A program made the position numbers and the translations under genes. This document shows, piece after piece, positions 40,627-51,312 of a DNA stretch of 64,000 nt. The notes under the pieces are model-generated. The model was not told where the DNA came from. It saw only the letters and a program-made list of their open reading frames with translations, and did not search any database. Numbering within the stretch: the stretch's first letter is position 1; each line of letters begins with the position of its first letter. Source of the DNA: Bacteroidia bacterium (lineage in GTDB: Bacteria > Bacteroidota > Bacteroidia > NS11-12g > UBA9320); assembly GCA_965216465.1 (NCBI GenBank), contig CBDCFW010000006.1:192001-256000 (forward strand). Direction: 5' to 3'.

Positions 40627-43002
40627 ATGATGAGAGTATGGGGATTAATCTTCTTGTTTATTGGTTGCGGAGTACTTTATTTCTTCAACAGTTCTTGGAA
40701 CATAAACAATTCACCGGTTCCTCCGTTGGGTAAACTGCTCAATCCGTTTACGGGTATTTGGCAAAACGCAGAAGATTCTACTGATTTTCAAGACATTAAT
40801 TTAGAATCTCCTTTCGTAAATGACGAGATCAAAATTGTTTTTGATGATCGGATGGTACCGCACATTTACGCGAATTCTTTAGAAGATGCCTTATTTGCTC
40901 AAGGCTATGTAGAAGCTTATCACCGTCTATTTCAGATGGATCTTTCGGCACGAGCTACCGATGGCAAACTTTCAGAAATTCTTGGAGAAGATGTTTTAGC
41001 CTACGATCAGAAACAATTAAGGCTAGGTCTAGGCTATGCTGCTGACAATGCAATCGAAGGATGGAATAAGCATACAGAAGAATTGAAATACATGACTAGC
41101 TATGTTCAAGGTATTAATCACTACATCTCGTCATTGAACACAGCAGATTACCCAATGGAGTATAAGCTTCTCGATTTCGAACCTGAAGAATGGACAATGC
41201 GTCATAGTGCTCTAATTTTAAAAGCCATGTCTTTAACTCTTGCGGGTTACGAAGAAGATGTTGAGTTGAGTAACGCGTTGAAATTGCTCGGCAATGAAGA
41301 TTTTAAATTGATATTTCCCGAATACAATCCGAAAGATATCCCAGTGATACAATCGCAATACGTTCCGACCAGCACAGACGAAGTTTCTCCATTGTTAAGT
41401 TGGCAGTATAACCCATCGATTGATAGACAACGTTCACCAGAAGGTGTTGGCAGCAACAACTGGGCGATATCGGCGGAAAGAACTAAAAATGGCTATCCCA
41501 TCTTAGCCAATGACCCTCACTTGGGACTAAGTTTACCTTCTGTATGGTACGAGATTGCAATTTACACTCCTGAATTTTCGGCCCGCGGGGCAACGTTGTT
41601 AGGGATGCCTGGAATAATGATTGGCTTTAATGAGCACATTGCTTGGGGAGAAACAAACGTAGGTCATGACGTGATGGACTACCACCTTATCGATTGGGCA
41701 AATGATGAAAAAACAAAATATTACATCGACAACCAAGTGCACATGGTTGAGTATCGAGAAGAAAAATTTAACGTAAAAGGTGCAGAGCCAGTTGTTGACT
41801 CCGTTAAATATACCATTTGGGGACCTGTAGTCGATAACGATAAAGACCTTGCGCTAAGATGGCTTGCACATGACGAGGCCCCAGGGTTAGAACACCTCGT
41901 TTTTGTTCTTGGTATGACGTGCAAGAACTACGACGAGTACCTTGAAGCTACGGGTAATTTTTACTGCCCTGCTCAAAACTTCGTATATGCCGACAAACAC
42001 GGTGAAATTGGATTAAGAGTTAATGGAAATATTCCCATAAAGAAAAAAGGTCAAGGAAGAATGGTTTCAAGCGGCTCCAAATCAACAGACGGCTGGAATG
42101 GATTCGTACCACGTGAAGAGAATCCCCATGAACGAAATCCCGAGAGAGGATATGTTTCAAGTGCAAATCAATGGAGTACATCACCAGACTATCCCTATTA
42201 CTACAACGGTGGCTTCGAACCATACCGAGGAAGAATAGCAAACGAATATTTAGCTCAGCTTGACAGTGCAACAGTACAAGATGCCATTAAGATGCAACAA
42301 AGCACTATAAGCATTGAAGCGAGAGAAGCACTTCCAATAATGCTCGACAATATCGATTCTAACTTTTTGAGACTACCTGAAATCATAGAACTTCAGAACT
42401 GGGACTATGGTTATCGAGCTAATTCTATATCTGCCAGTTTGTACAATGAATGGTTTGCCAAACTGCATCGACTGATGTGGGATGAAGTCTATGATCATTC
42501 TGACACACTTTCGTTGCCCTCTCCTGATACTTGGGTGACCATTCAATTCATGGAGCGTTATACATCGCATCGCTTGTATGATATAAAAAGAACTAAAAAA
42601 ACAGAAGCTCTTGAGGATCTTATCATGCTTAGTTTAGAGCAAACTTTAAGTGATACAAGCAAATTGAAGGCTTGGGGCAAGGTTAAGCCAGTTTACATTC
42701 CTCACCTAACTCGATTACCTGTGTTTTCTTCTGATTCAATTAACATGAATGGCCACAAATACAGCTTAAATGCTATGCAAGTTAGCTTTGGTCCTAGTTG
42801 GAGAATGGTGGTAGAACTTGCGGACGAACCAAGAGCTTTGGGAATATACCCTGGTGGTCAAAGCGGCAACCCTGGATCCTATTTTTATAAGAACACAATC
42901 AACGATTGGGCAGTTGGCAATTATGTTAACTTACAACTTGCTCAGTCCGACTCATCCATTAACAATCCATTATTTCAGATTACCATAAAACATGAAGAAT
43001 AG
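40627..43002 (+). CDS. Penicillin acylase / AHL-acylase family Ntn hydrolase
   Basis: VPHIYA, RLFQMD, GSNNWA, LANDPHL, PGGQSG. Confidence 0.93.
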   Translation: MMRVWGLIFLFIGCGVLYFFNSSWNINNSPVPPLGKLLNPFTGIWQNAEDSTDFQDINLESPFVNDEIKIVFDDRMVPHIYANSLEDALFAQGYVEAYHRLFQMDLSARATDGKLSEILGEDVLAYDQKQLRLGLGYAADNAIEGWNKHTEELKYMTSYVQGINHYISSLNTADYPMEYKLLDFEPEEWTMRHSALILKAMSLTLAGYEEDVELSNALKLLGNEDFKLIFPEYNPKDIPVIQSQYVPTSTDEVSPLLSWQYNPSIDRQRSPEGVGSNNWAISAERTKNGYPILANDPHLGLSLPSVWYEIAIYTPEFSARGATLLGMPGIMIGFNEHIAWGETNVGHDVMDYHLIDWANDEKTKYYIDNQVHMVEYREEKFNVKGAEPVVDSVKYTIWGPVVDNDKDLALRWLAHDEAPGLEHLVFVLGMTCKNYDEYLEATGNFYCPAQNFVYADKHGEIGLRVNGNIPIKKKGQGRMVSSGSKSTDGWNGFVPREENPHERNPERGYVSSANQWSTSPDYPYYYNGGFEPYRGRIANEYLAQLDSATVQDAIKMQQSTISIEAREALPIMLDNIDSNFLRLPEIIELQNWDYGYRANSISASLYNEWFAKLHRLMWDEVYDHSDTLSLPSPDTWVTIQFMERYTSHRLYDIKRTKKTEALEDLIMLSLEQTLSDTSKLKAWGKVKPVYIPHLTRLPVFSSDSINMNGHKYSLNAMQVSFGPSWRMVVELADEPRALGIYPGGQSGNPGSYFYKNTINDWAVGNYVNLQLAQSDSSINNPLFQITIKHEE

Positions 43003-43333
43003 CCTTTACATACTAAGCATGGTTGCATTCACTTATGGGTTGGCATTTGCTGCACCATGGTGGGTTATTGCCGTTATCAGTTTTGGGCTAGCATATATCA
43101 TGCGGGTTAAGCCCATAATTTCTTTTATCGTGTCATTAGTTGGAGTTTATGCCGTATGGGTATTTGCAATATGGTACTATGACAATACCATTGTTTCGAA
43201 TCTCGCGGCAGAACTTCTGGATGTATCCCCCGCTGCAGTTGCACATCTATCTGCACTTATTGGAGGAATTTGTGCCAGTTTCTTTGGAGTTTCTGGTTCT
43301 CTACTTGGAACACGAAATAAATCAGAATCCTAA
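42992..43333 (+). CDS. Hypothetical membrane protein
   Basis: Hydrophobic helices, PWW motif; coupled to the acylase gene. Confidence 0.7.
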   Translation: MKNSLYILSMVAFTYGLAFAAPWWVIAVISFGLAYIMRVKPIISFIVSLVGVYAVWVFAIWYYDNTIVSNLAAELLDVSPAAVAHLSALIGGICASFFGVSGSLLGTRNKSES

Positions 43334-43995
43334 AAATGTTTGAGGGCCTCACGCTCACTTAAGCCTTGCAGTTTGTGGGATCGAACAAAGTCTAAAACCC
43401 AATCCGCATTCGTTTTGGCATACTCTCTTAGTGCCCATCCAATTGCTTTCTTAATAAAGAACTCTTTATTAGTTATATGAGGAAGAATTAACGCCTTGAG
43501 CAGGTCTGCATCTGTGTCTTTCTTGTACTTCAATTGAAATAAGATACTCGTTCTAATAAGCCAAATGTCCTCACTCGCGTTCCACTTTTCGAGGAATTCC
43601 ATTTTTTGCTCGGGAAATTTCTTAAAAAATGGTCCTGCCAGATTGGAAGCGATAAAATCGACCGTATCCCACCAAGATTTAGTAACTACCAACCATTCAA
43701 TATCGTTAATGGTGTTGGCAGTCCAGTTTCTTTTATTCTTTTGAACCATTTCTTGAGCAACGTAGTGAAGTTCGCGATAAGGTTGATTGAAAAGTTCTCG
43801 AATTACAATCGATACCTCTGATGGCACTCCTAACTCTTTAAATAACTGCCTTGTCAATTCTCTTCGCGGGGTGGCCATTATCCCCAAGTACTCGAATTGC
43901 CCCTTCATGTATTGCTTCATCTTAGCGGCACGTTCAACGTCGATGTAATTCTCAAATATGCTTAAGGCCTTCTCGGACCAAGTATAGTCATTCAT
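43330..43995 (-). CDS. DNA alkylation repair protein (AlkD-like)
   Basis: MKQYMK, SWWDTVD, EFFIKKAIGWALREY. Confidence 0.92.
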   Translation of the reverse strand: MNDYTWSEKALSIFENYIDVERAAKMKQYMKGQFEYLGIMATPRRELTRQLFKELGVPSEVSIVIRELFNQPYRELHYVAQEMVQKNKRNWTANTINDIEWLVVTKSWWDTVDFIASNLAGPFFKKFPEQKMEFLEKWNASEDIWLIRTSILFQLKYKKDTDADLLKALILPHITNKEFFIKKAIGWALREYAKTNADWVLDFVRSHKLQGLSEREALKHF

Positions 43996-44055
43996 TACAA
44001 TTCAAATTTAATTCGAATCAATTACAAGTTGCGAAAATTTAAATAGATTCGTATT

Positions 44056-44466
44056 ATGGAAGACTCATCAAAGTACGCCCTTGTTTCCGACCGCTATAAG
44101 GCAGTTTTTGTAGATGGAATGGTTATGATACTGTTAGCATTTATTTTTTCTGTAATTCTTGATCAATTTACCAATGTACCTGAAGAAGTGGATATGGTAT
44201 TGTATGTGCTTGCTTTCTTCTTATATGAGCCTATTTGTGTTTCAACATTTGGTGCGAGTGTAGGACACTATTCCGGAAACATGAAAGTTGTAAGAGAAAG
44301 TGATGAATCGCGAAAATTAAACTTCTTTATGGCCGTAATTCGCTATGCATTAAAAGTGGTTTTAGGAATAATCTCTCTATTTACAGTCACTAAACAAAAT
44401 AAGGGCCAAGCAATTCATGACATGGCAGCTCAGAGTGTTGTAATTTTTAATGAAGAAGCGAAATAA
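44056..44466 (+). CDS. RDD-family membrane protein
   Basis: R..A..VD N-terminus and QAIHDMAA C-terminus. Confidence 0.85.
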   Translation: MEDSSKYALVSDRYKAVFVDGMVMILLAFIFSVILDQFTNVPEEVDMVLYVLAFFLYEPICVSTFGASVGHYSGNMKVVRESDESRKLNFFMAVIRYALKVVLGIISLFTVTKQNKGQAIHDMAAQSVVIFNEEAK

Positions 44467-44473
44467 GTTTTGC

Positions 44474-45559
44474 CTATCTCGTTGGATTAATTGCTGCTTT
44501 GATGCTAAAAACGTGTGAGTATAAAGCAGCACTTTGATCACCTATATCAGACAAAGCATAATCTATTGTGATCTTTTTTAAGTCCATACCGATCCCAATA
44601 TTGGGCTGGAAGGTCCAAATTGATTCGTTGCTTAAATTGAGCTCTTCCTGAAAGTTTCCAATTCCTGCTCGTAGGTAAATGATGTCTTTGTACGAACCTT
44701 CAAGACCTAAAACTGGGTCTAAGCTCACAAAGTCAGATTGCAAAACAGTATTTCTTCTACCATCTGTGTTCACCACGGTGTTTAACTCTGCTAATAGGCT
44801 AAAATCATTATTAAACTCAAACTTTCTTGCCGCTCCAAGAATCAGTTTTGGCAGCGTAATTTCCAGTGAATTTACCGGAATGTCATTATCTGTTTGGGCA
44901 AACACCGCTTTTTCTTCATCAGTGAAGTTATAATTCCACGCGTTGAATGTTGAGGTTACATCACGAGCTACGGCTGCGAAAGTCCAATTCTCAGTTTCGT
45001 ACCGCGAGCTAATATCAAGGCCAAATCCCCATGCAGTAGTAAACTCTCCTGCTCTTCTGTGGATTATCTTAGCACTTCCCCCAAAACTAAGCCCATCCGT
45101 TATTGCCTTTTGAGCATAACTAACAAAAAAACCGTAGTCGATAGCACTAAACTCCGTAACTCGATTGTAGTTAATTTGGCCGTTTTGAATCAAATCAAGT
45201 GTATTGGGTATACCATCAACACCAAATCTAACCATTGAGAAAGCTAGTGCTCCTTTATCTTTTACCTGAGTGCTTAATCCGAGGTAATCGTAATTAGCAA
45301 TGCCCGCTAAGTAAGCAGAATGCATAAATGAAAGCTGAAGTTTATCTTTTTGCTTAACCATGCCTGAAGGATTCCAATACCCTCCAGTTACATCATCTGT
45401 TGAAGCTATAACTGCATTCGACATACCAAATGCCCTTGCTCCAACACCAATTGATAAAAACTCGTTGCTGTATTTGGCCGTTGACTGACCGTAAACCACA
45501 TGACTTCCGCAGATGATTGCGGCAAGCATCATAAGTGATTTAAGTTTATTTCGTTTCAT
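44474..45559 (-). CDS. PorV-family outer-membrane protein (T9SS shuttle paralog)
   Basis: KYSNEFLSIGVGARAFGM, YWNPSG, GFGLD, YLRAG, IDYA. Confidence 0.85.
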   Translation of the reverse strand: MKRNKLKSLMMLAAIICGSHVVYGQSTAKYSNEFLSIGVGARAFGMSNAVIASTDDVTGGYWNPSGMVKQKDKLQLSFMHSAYLAGIANYDYLGLSTQVKDKGALAFSMVRFGVDGIPNTLDLIQNGQINYNRVTEFSAIDYGFFVSYAQKAITDGLSFGGSAKIIHRRAGEFTTAWGFGLDISSRYETENWTFAAVARDVTSTFNAWNYNFTDEEKAVFAQTDNDIPVNSLEITLPKLILGAARKFEFNNDFSLLAELNTVVNTDGRRNTVLQSDFVSLDPVLGLEGSYKDIIYLRAGIGNFQEELNLSNESIWTFQPNIGIGMDLKKITIDYALSDIGDQSAALYSHVFSIKAAINPTR

Positions 45560-45565
45560 ATAAGT

Positions 45566-46222
45566 TTAGAGAAGCTGTATTTCTAAAGCATCAATAGAAC
45601 GTTCGAGTTCGGGTTCTATTGTCTCACAAATTTCAATTAATAAATCTCGTTGATCCTGATTCAGCTCAACAAGACCGGTCTTTATTGCAACTTGTTCTAC
45701 AGCATTCACTACATTTTCTATGCTCGTATAGTTCCGCATAAATGCTGCTTTCATGAACCGTCTATGCATTCCTTTCCACAATTCGTCGTCTTGCAGACCT
45801 GCATAGCGCATGTATTTCAACACCCACTCTTGTTCTACGCTTTCAATCATAGCGTAAAAATCGTCAGGAAGCGAAGGGTTTTTATCAACTAAAACCTTGT
45901 CAAGAAGTACTTCCACAAGAATGTGTGTAATAAAGTAGTCTCTATTTATGTCTTTATCTCCATTTTCACGGATCATGTCTGTAGCTCGTGTAGTTAGATC
46001 TACAAACACCATCCAATTATGGAACTTTCGATCGCTGGCAAAGTGTTTATTACACCCGTTGTTGATTGAAGCAATCTCGTGTGTTGTAAACTCAATATTT
46101 CTATAAGGATTGATTCGAAGTTTGGAAATATAACTTCTCGCCAAATCAGGTAATATTAAACCAATGTTATAATATTTATTCTCCTCGTCCCTATCAAAAT
46201 AAAAATGACTTAAATAATTCAC
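45566..46222 (-). CDS. AcpH (ACP phosphodiesterase)-like metal-dependent hydrolase
   Basis: MNYLSH, LPDL, H...D..FH, HILVEVLLD. Confidence 0.65.
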   Translation of the reverse strand: MNYLSHFYFDRDEENKYYNIGLILPDLARSYISKLRINPYRNIEFTTHEIASINNGCNKHFASDRKFHNWMVFVDLTTRATDMIRENGDKDINRDYFITHILVEVLLDKVLVDKNPSLPDDFYAMIESVEQEWVLKYMRYAGLQDDELWKGMHRRFMKAAFMRNYTSIENVVNAVEQVAIKTGLVELNQDQRDLLIEICETIEPELERSIDALEIQLL

Positions 46223-46312
46223 TACTGCAAAGAAAATAAATTGTTAACAATAAAAATAATCAAGCTTTGCTAACGTTGTAATTTGCGACACTTATTTTAG
46301 ACTATCACAATT

Positions 46313-46849
46313 ATGAGAATTAAATACACCATACTCCTTTTAGCATTCGGAATTGTATCGTTTGCACAAGATAATGTAATACCCACAAATGAAAAAACTG
46401 GCAATGCTGAGTACGCTGATGTAGTTAACGTTTCAGGTGCTTCTTCTGGCGACTTGTATGAGCGAACTATGCTTTGGATTAACGACTTTTATCCAAACCC
46501 AACAGGAACAGTCAAATCAAAAGATTCAGCTAGTCAGGTAACCTGTAAAGGTCGATTTAAAATTAAATTAGTTGACAAGAAAGGAAACACTATAGGTCAG
46601 GGATTTGTATCTTATAACTTAAAGTTTGAGTTTAAGGAAGGAAAATACCGTTATGTTGTTTCTAAAATTGCTTGGCAGCGTTCTTCATACTACGATGTAA
46701 GCAAGTGGGAAGATAAAGACGACCCTCGCTATGAGCCTAAAGTATATCCTGGTTATGTCACTCAAACACATGAGTATATAGAAGACATGATATCTAAATT
46801 TGAAGAAGCAATTGCTACTCCTATTGAAGAAGAGTCTTCTGATTGGTAG
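46313..46849 (+). CDS. DUF4468-like exported protein
   Basis: Signal peptide, LYER...W, FKEGKYRY, C-terminal DW. Confidence 0.7.
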   Translation: MRIKYTILLLAFGIVSFAQDNVIPTNEKTGNAEYADVVNVSGASSGDLYERTMLWINDFYPNPTGTVKSKDSASQVTCKGRFKIKLVDKKGNTIGQGFVSYNLKFEFKEGKYRYVVSKIAWQRSSYYDVSKWEDKDDPRYEPKVYPGYVTQTHEYIEDMISKFEEAIATPIEEESSDW

Positions 46850-46977
46850 ATTATACCCTTTCTTAATAACGCTATTGAATTAAAGAATCTAGTTGCGGGT
46901 AGATTTAAAATACCTTTGCTAGCGAAATATTGAATTGGCCTATTCATGGCTTGTTCGGTTACTTTCGCAGCTTTTAA

Positions 46978-48366
46978 ATGTCGTCCTCAAGAAATACATC
47001 AGGAAAATTAGGAACCGAACCGATCGGCAAATTGCTTTTAAAGCAAAGTGTTCCGGCTGCAATGGGTTTCTTAGTGATGTCATTCTACCAAATGGTTGAC
47101 ACCTTCTTCGTGAGCAAGTTTATAGGCGAAACTGCAATCGGAGCTATAACTGTTGTGCTTCCCATCACATTCCTAATTTCATCTTTTGGGATGGCAATCG
47201 GCGTAGGTGGATCAAGCATTATATCTAGGGCTTTAGGTAACGACGACAAAGAACGAGCAGAACAAACCTTTGGAAATCAACTCCTGCTTACTTTTAGCTT
47301 GGTTGTTCTCTTTGTGATTATCGGCTTTGTCTTTAATGAGCAAATTCTGAAACTGTTTGGAGCAAATAAATTCATCCTTCCAGAAGCAAAGACCTACTTC
47401 AATATTCTGTTGCTTGGAATTCCATTTTTAGGATGGGCAATGATGAGTAACAATGTAATTCGAGCCGAAGGAAAGCCCAAGGTTGCCATGTTGACGTTAG
47501 TAATTCCAGCGGTGGTAAATATCGTGCTCGATCCCATATTGATCTACTATCTCGATATGGGTATCGCAGGTGCTGCATGGGCTACAACATTGGGGTATTT
47601 GTTTAGTGGAGCTTACACTGCATGGTTCTTTTTAACAGGCAAAAGCGAGTTAAACTTTAAGACCAAGTATCTGCGATTGAAGAATAACATCGTTCGTGAA
47701 ATGAGTTCAATTGGATCGGTAACACTTGTTAGACAAGGAAGCTTTAGCATTTTGGCTATTGTTTTAAACAACTCATTAAACAAATACGGACTTATTGAGT
47801 ACACCGACACGCTTGGTGAAGAAGGCGGTGCGCATGCCATTGCTGTATATGGACTTATTCGAACCTTCACGCTCTTTGTAGCGTTCCCAAATATTGGAAT
47901 TATGCAAGGCCTTATGCCTATTGTTGGATTCAATTACGGTGCAAAACTTTGGAAGAGGCTAAAAGATAGCATACGCTTGTCGATACAATGGACAACCATA
48001 TCTTCAACTGTAATGTTCGTATTGATATTAGTTTTTGCTCAGCAGTTAATTAATTTCTTTACCGAAGACCCTGAGCTTCAGGCTTCAACACCGCGAGCAC
48101 TTATAATCGTCTTTCTTTCTCTCCCGTTGATGGGGCTGGGTTTTATTGGAAGTGCTTATTTCCAAGCAATAGGAAAAACCCGACCGGCAATGTTTTTAAC
48201 GCTAGCCAGACAAGGATTATTCATGGTTCCTCTTGTTCTAATTCTACCCATTTTCTTTAGCTTGGATGGAATTTGGTACGCAATACCAATTGGTGAATTC
48301 TTAGCCACCATTGTAAGTGCAATTTGGCTTTGGAAGGAAGTTTTTCGAAAAGACTTTGAAGCTTAG
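46978..48366 (+). CDS. MATE-family efflux transporter
   Basis: VDTFFV, IRAEG, NIVLDPILI, GIAGAAWAT, FNYGAK. Confidence 0.95.
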   Translation: MSSSRNTSGKLGTEPIGKLLLKQSVPAAMGFLVMSFYQMVDTFFVSKFIGETAIGAITVVLPITFLISSFGMAIGVGGSSIISRALGNDDKERAEQTFGNQLLLTFSLVVLFVIIGFVFNEQILKLFGANKFILPEAKTYFNILLLGIPFLGWAMMSNNVIRAEGKPKVAMLTLVIPAVVNIVLDPILIYYLDMGIAGAAWATTLGYLFSGAYTAWFFLTGKSELNFKTKYLRLKNNIVREMSSIGSVTLVRQGSFSILAIVLNNSLNKYGLIEYTDTLGEEGGAHAIAVYGLIRTFTLFVAFPNIGIMQGLMPIVGFNYGAKLWKRLKDSIRLSIQWTTISSTVMFVLILVFAQQLINFFTEDPELQASTPRALIIVFLSLPLMGLGFIGSAYFQAIGKTRPAMFLTLARQGLFMVPLVLILPIFFSLDGIWYAIPIGEFLATIVSAIWLWKEVFRKDFEA

Positions 48367-51083
48367 ATTTCAAAAGCCTTTGCCACAATAGCTTCTTGCT
48401 CATTCTTGTGCACAGTTGCGTAACCTGTAGCAGGACTTGCACTGCTTCTACGCGTAATGCACGTAAAGTTGTGTGCCCAATCATAACGCAATAGATGCAT
48501 CCATGCTCCCATGTTCTTTGGCTCTTCTTGAACCCAAGTAAATTGAGCATTTTTGTATTTCTTGAACAACGCTTCGATCTGCTTTTCTGGCATTGGATAA
48601 AGTTGCTCCAGTCGTACTATAGCAACATCTTTTCTATTATCGTTTTGCTGCTTCTCAAACAAATCGTAATACACCTTGCCAGAACATATGTTTACTTTCT
48701 TGACTTTTTTAACATCTACAAAAGAATCATCAATTACTTCTTGAAACTCGTTCTTTGTGAAGTCGTCAGTTGTACTCACACATTTAGGATGACGCAACAA
48801 GCTCTTAGGACTCATAATAACCAATGGCTTTCTAAAGTCTCTATTAATTTGACGTCTAAAAGCATGAAACAAGTTTGCAGGTGTAGATATGTTCATTACT
48901 TGCATATTGGCAGAAGCACATAGCTGCAAATAGCGCTCTAAACGAGCCGAACTGTGTTCTGGTCCTTGACCCTCATATCCGTGAGGCAATAGCATTACAA
49001 GTCCACTATATCTTCCCCATTTTGTTTCTCCACTGGCTACAAACTGATCAATCATAACCTGTGCACCGTTTGAGAAATCGCCAAACTGAGCTTCCCAAAT
49101 AGTAAGTCCGTATGGTCGAGCAGTTGAATAACCGTACTCGAATCCAAGAACAGCAAACTCTGAAAGCAATGAATTGTAAATCGAAAATTCAGCTTGCTTC
49201 TCACTAATATGGTTTAAAGGAATGTGCTCTTTAGCTCCAGCTTCAGTTTTAATTACGGCATGGCGATGAGAGAAGGTTCCTCTTTCTACATCTTGTCCAG
49301 TAATTCTAACTGGAATTTCTTCTTCAAGTAAAGAACCATAAGCCATTAACTCGCCCATAGCCCAGTCATATACCCCATTTTCTACCATTTGCTTACGATC
49401 GTTATACAACTTCGTAATCTTTCGAATGGGCAAATGATTCTCAGGTATTTCAGTAACAGCTTGTGCAATTTTCTTAAGTGCTCGAGCAGAAATTGAGGTT
49501 TTTGATTTTTTATCAAAATCTTCCTTTGTTCCACTTTTAAACTTGCTCCAGGTGGTTTTTGGTAGGTTGTTGTCTTCCGGAATTTTATTGTTTCGAACAT
49601 CTTCAAGATTCTTTTGAAGCATTGCTTTAAACTCTTTTTCTAAGTTCTTGGCAAGATTGGCCTCAATACTTCCTTGGCTAGTTAACTTTTGAGAATAGAT
49701 TTCTCTTGGATTGGGATGTTTAGAAATAGCCTTATACAATACCGGCTGAGTAAACTTAGGTTCATCACCTTCGTTATGACCATATTTTCTATAGCCTAAG
49801 ATATCTACAAAAACATCTGTTTTGAAGGTATGGCGGTACTCTAGGGCTAATTTGATTGTATAAACCAAAGCTTCAACATCGTCTCCATTTACATGGAATA
49901 CTGGGCATTTAGTTGTCTTAGCAACATCAGTACAATAAATAGAAGTACGTCCATCAATATAATTAGTCGTAAAGCCAATTTGATTGTTGGTAATCAAATG
50001 CAAGGTTCCTCCAACATTGTAGCCGTCTAATCCTGCCATTTGGATTACTTCATATACAATTCCCTGGCCGGCTACAGCTGCATCTCCATGAATCAATATC
50101 GGTGTAACTTTTGAAGTATCACTGTTGTAGTCGCGGTCTAATTTAGCTCTGGTTATACCTTGAACTACTGGATTAACCGCCTCCAAGTGAGATGGGTTTG
50201 GACTCAAATTCAGTTTAACATCCTTACCCAAGCTGGTCTTAACCATGCTGGTATAACCCAAATGATATTTTACATCGCCTTCAAAAATTGCTTCTTCGTA
50301 TGCTTTACCTTCAAACTCGCTAAAAATCTCGGCGTAGCTCTTTTTCATGATGTTGGCCAAGACGTTTAATCTTCCACGATGTGCCATTCCTATCACAAAT
50401 TCCTGCACTCCATGAGATGCTCCTAATTCAATTGCAGAATCAAGAGCAGGAATTAAGCTTTCTAAACCTTCGAGCGAAAACCTTTTTTGTCCAACATATT
50501 TCGTATGCAAGAAATTTTCAAATGCAACAGCCTGATTTAACTTTTCTAAAGTCAATCGCTTTTGTTCCATCGTAAAATCTGGAGTATTCTTACGTTGCTC
50601 CATCCTTTTCTGCAACCATTCTTTACGTTCTGGATAAGGAATGTACATGTATTCAACCCCAATGCTTCCGCAGTAGGTTTGCTCACAATGTGCAATTATA
50701 TCTTTCAATTTTGCTGGGCCAATACCCAACTCTACACCCGCATTGAATGTTTTGTCGAGGTCGGCTTTTGTCAATCCAAAATTCTCAATTGATAAATCTG
50801 GAGTGTATGTTCGACGCTCTCTAACTGGGTTCGTTTTAGTGAATAAGTGACCTCTTGTTCTGTACCCATTGTTAATGAGATTAAGAACATTGATCTCCTT
50901 CATCATGTCTTCTGAGACAACGCCTCCTTCTCCACCTAAACCTAAATCTCCATAGGCTAGATCGAAGCCTTCGAAGAATCTTTGCCAGCTTTCGTCAACT
51001 GAATTTTTGTCGTTTTTATATTGGTCGTAGAGATGTTCTATTGAATCAACATCTGCATTGCTTAAATACGAATGATTTAACAT
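48363..51083 (-). CDS. sucA: 2-oxoglutarate dehydrogenase E1 component
   Basis: KRFSLEG, GMAHRGRLN, HGDAA, WEAQFGDF, GPEHSSAR; start placed at MLNHSY. Confidence 0.98.
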   Translation of the reverse strand: MLNHSYLSNADVDSIEHLYDQYKNDKNSVDESWQRFFEGFDLAYGDLGLGGEGGVVSEDMMKEINVLNLINNGYRTRGHLFTKTNPVRERRTYTPDLSIENFGLTKADLDKTFNAGVELGIGPAKLKDIIAHCEQTYCGSIGVEYMYIPYPERKEWLQKRMEQRKNTPDFTMEQKRLTLEKLNQAVAFENFLHTKYVGQKRFSLEGLESLIPALDSAIELGASHGVQEFVIGMAHRGRLNVLANIMKKSYAEIFSEFEGKAYEEAIFEGDVKYHLGYTSMVKTSLGKDVKLNLSPNPSHLEAVNPVVQGITRAKLDRDYNSDTSKVTPILIHGDAAVAGQGIVYEVIQMAGLDGYNVGGTLHLITNNQIGFTTNYIDGRTSIYCTDVAKTTKCPVFHVNGDDVEALVYTIKLALEYRHTFKTDVFVDILGYRKYGHNEGDEPKFTQPVLYKAISKHPNPREIYSQKLTSQGSIEANLAKNLEKEFKAMLQKNLEDVRNNKIPEDNNLPKTTWSKFKSGTKEDFDKKSKTSISARALKKIAQAVTEIPENHLPIRKITKLYNDRKQMVENGVYDWAMGELMAYGSLLEEEIPVRITGQDVERGTFSHRHAVIKTEAGAKEHIPLNHISEKQAEFSIYNSLLSEFAVLGFEYGYSTARPYGLTIWEAQFGDFSNGAQVMIDQFVASGETKWGRYSGLVMLLPHGYEGQGPEHSSARLERYLQLCASANMQVMNISTPANLFHAFRRQINRDFRKPLVIMSPKSLLRHPKCVSTTDDFTKNEFQEVIDDSFVDVKKVKKVNICSGKVYYDLFEKQQNDNRKDVAIVRLEQLYPMPEKQIEALFKKYKNAQFTWVQEEPKNMGAWMHLLRYDWAHNFTCITRRSSASPATGYATVHKNEQEAIVAKAFEI

Positions 51084-51312
51084 TTTTTGAAATAGAAAGG
51101 CAAAGATAGAAGACTCTAAGTCAAAGCATATAGGAAAAAGCATGTTTTATCAATTCTTTTCCCAAAGTTTTCCAAAATATTAAGCAATTGTAAGTATGTA
51201 CTCACTCATTATTTACATCTATTGAAGATTGTAGTACGTCTAAAATTGAAGCATTCGGTATGAGTCAATATAAAATTATTGGTATATTACGACAAAATCA
51301 AATCACAACAAT

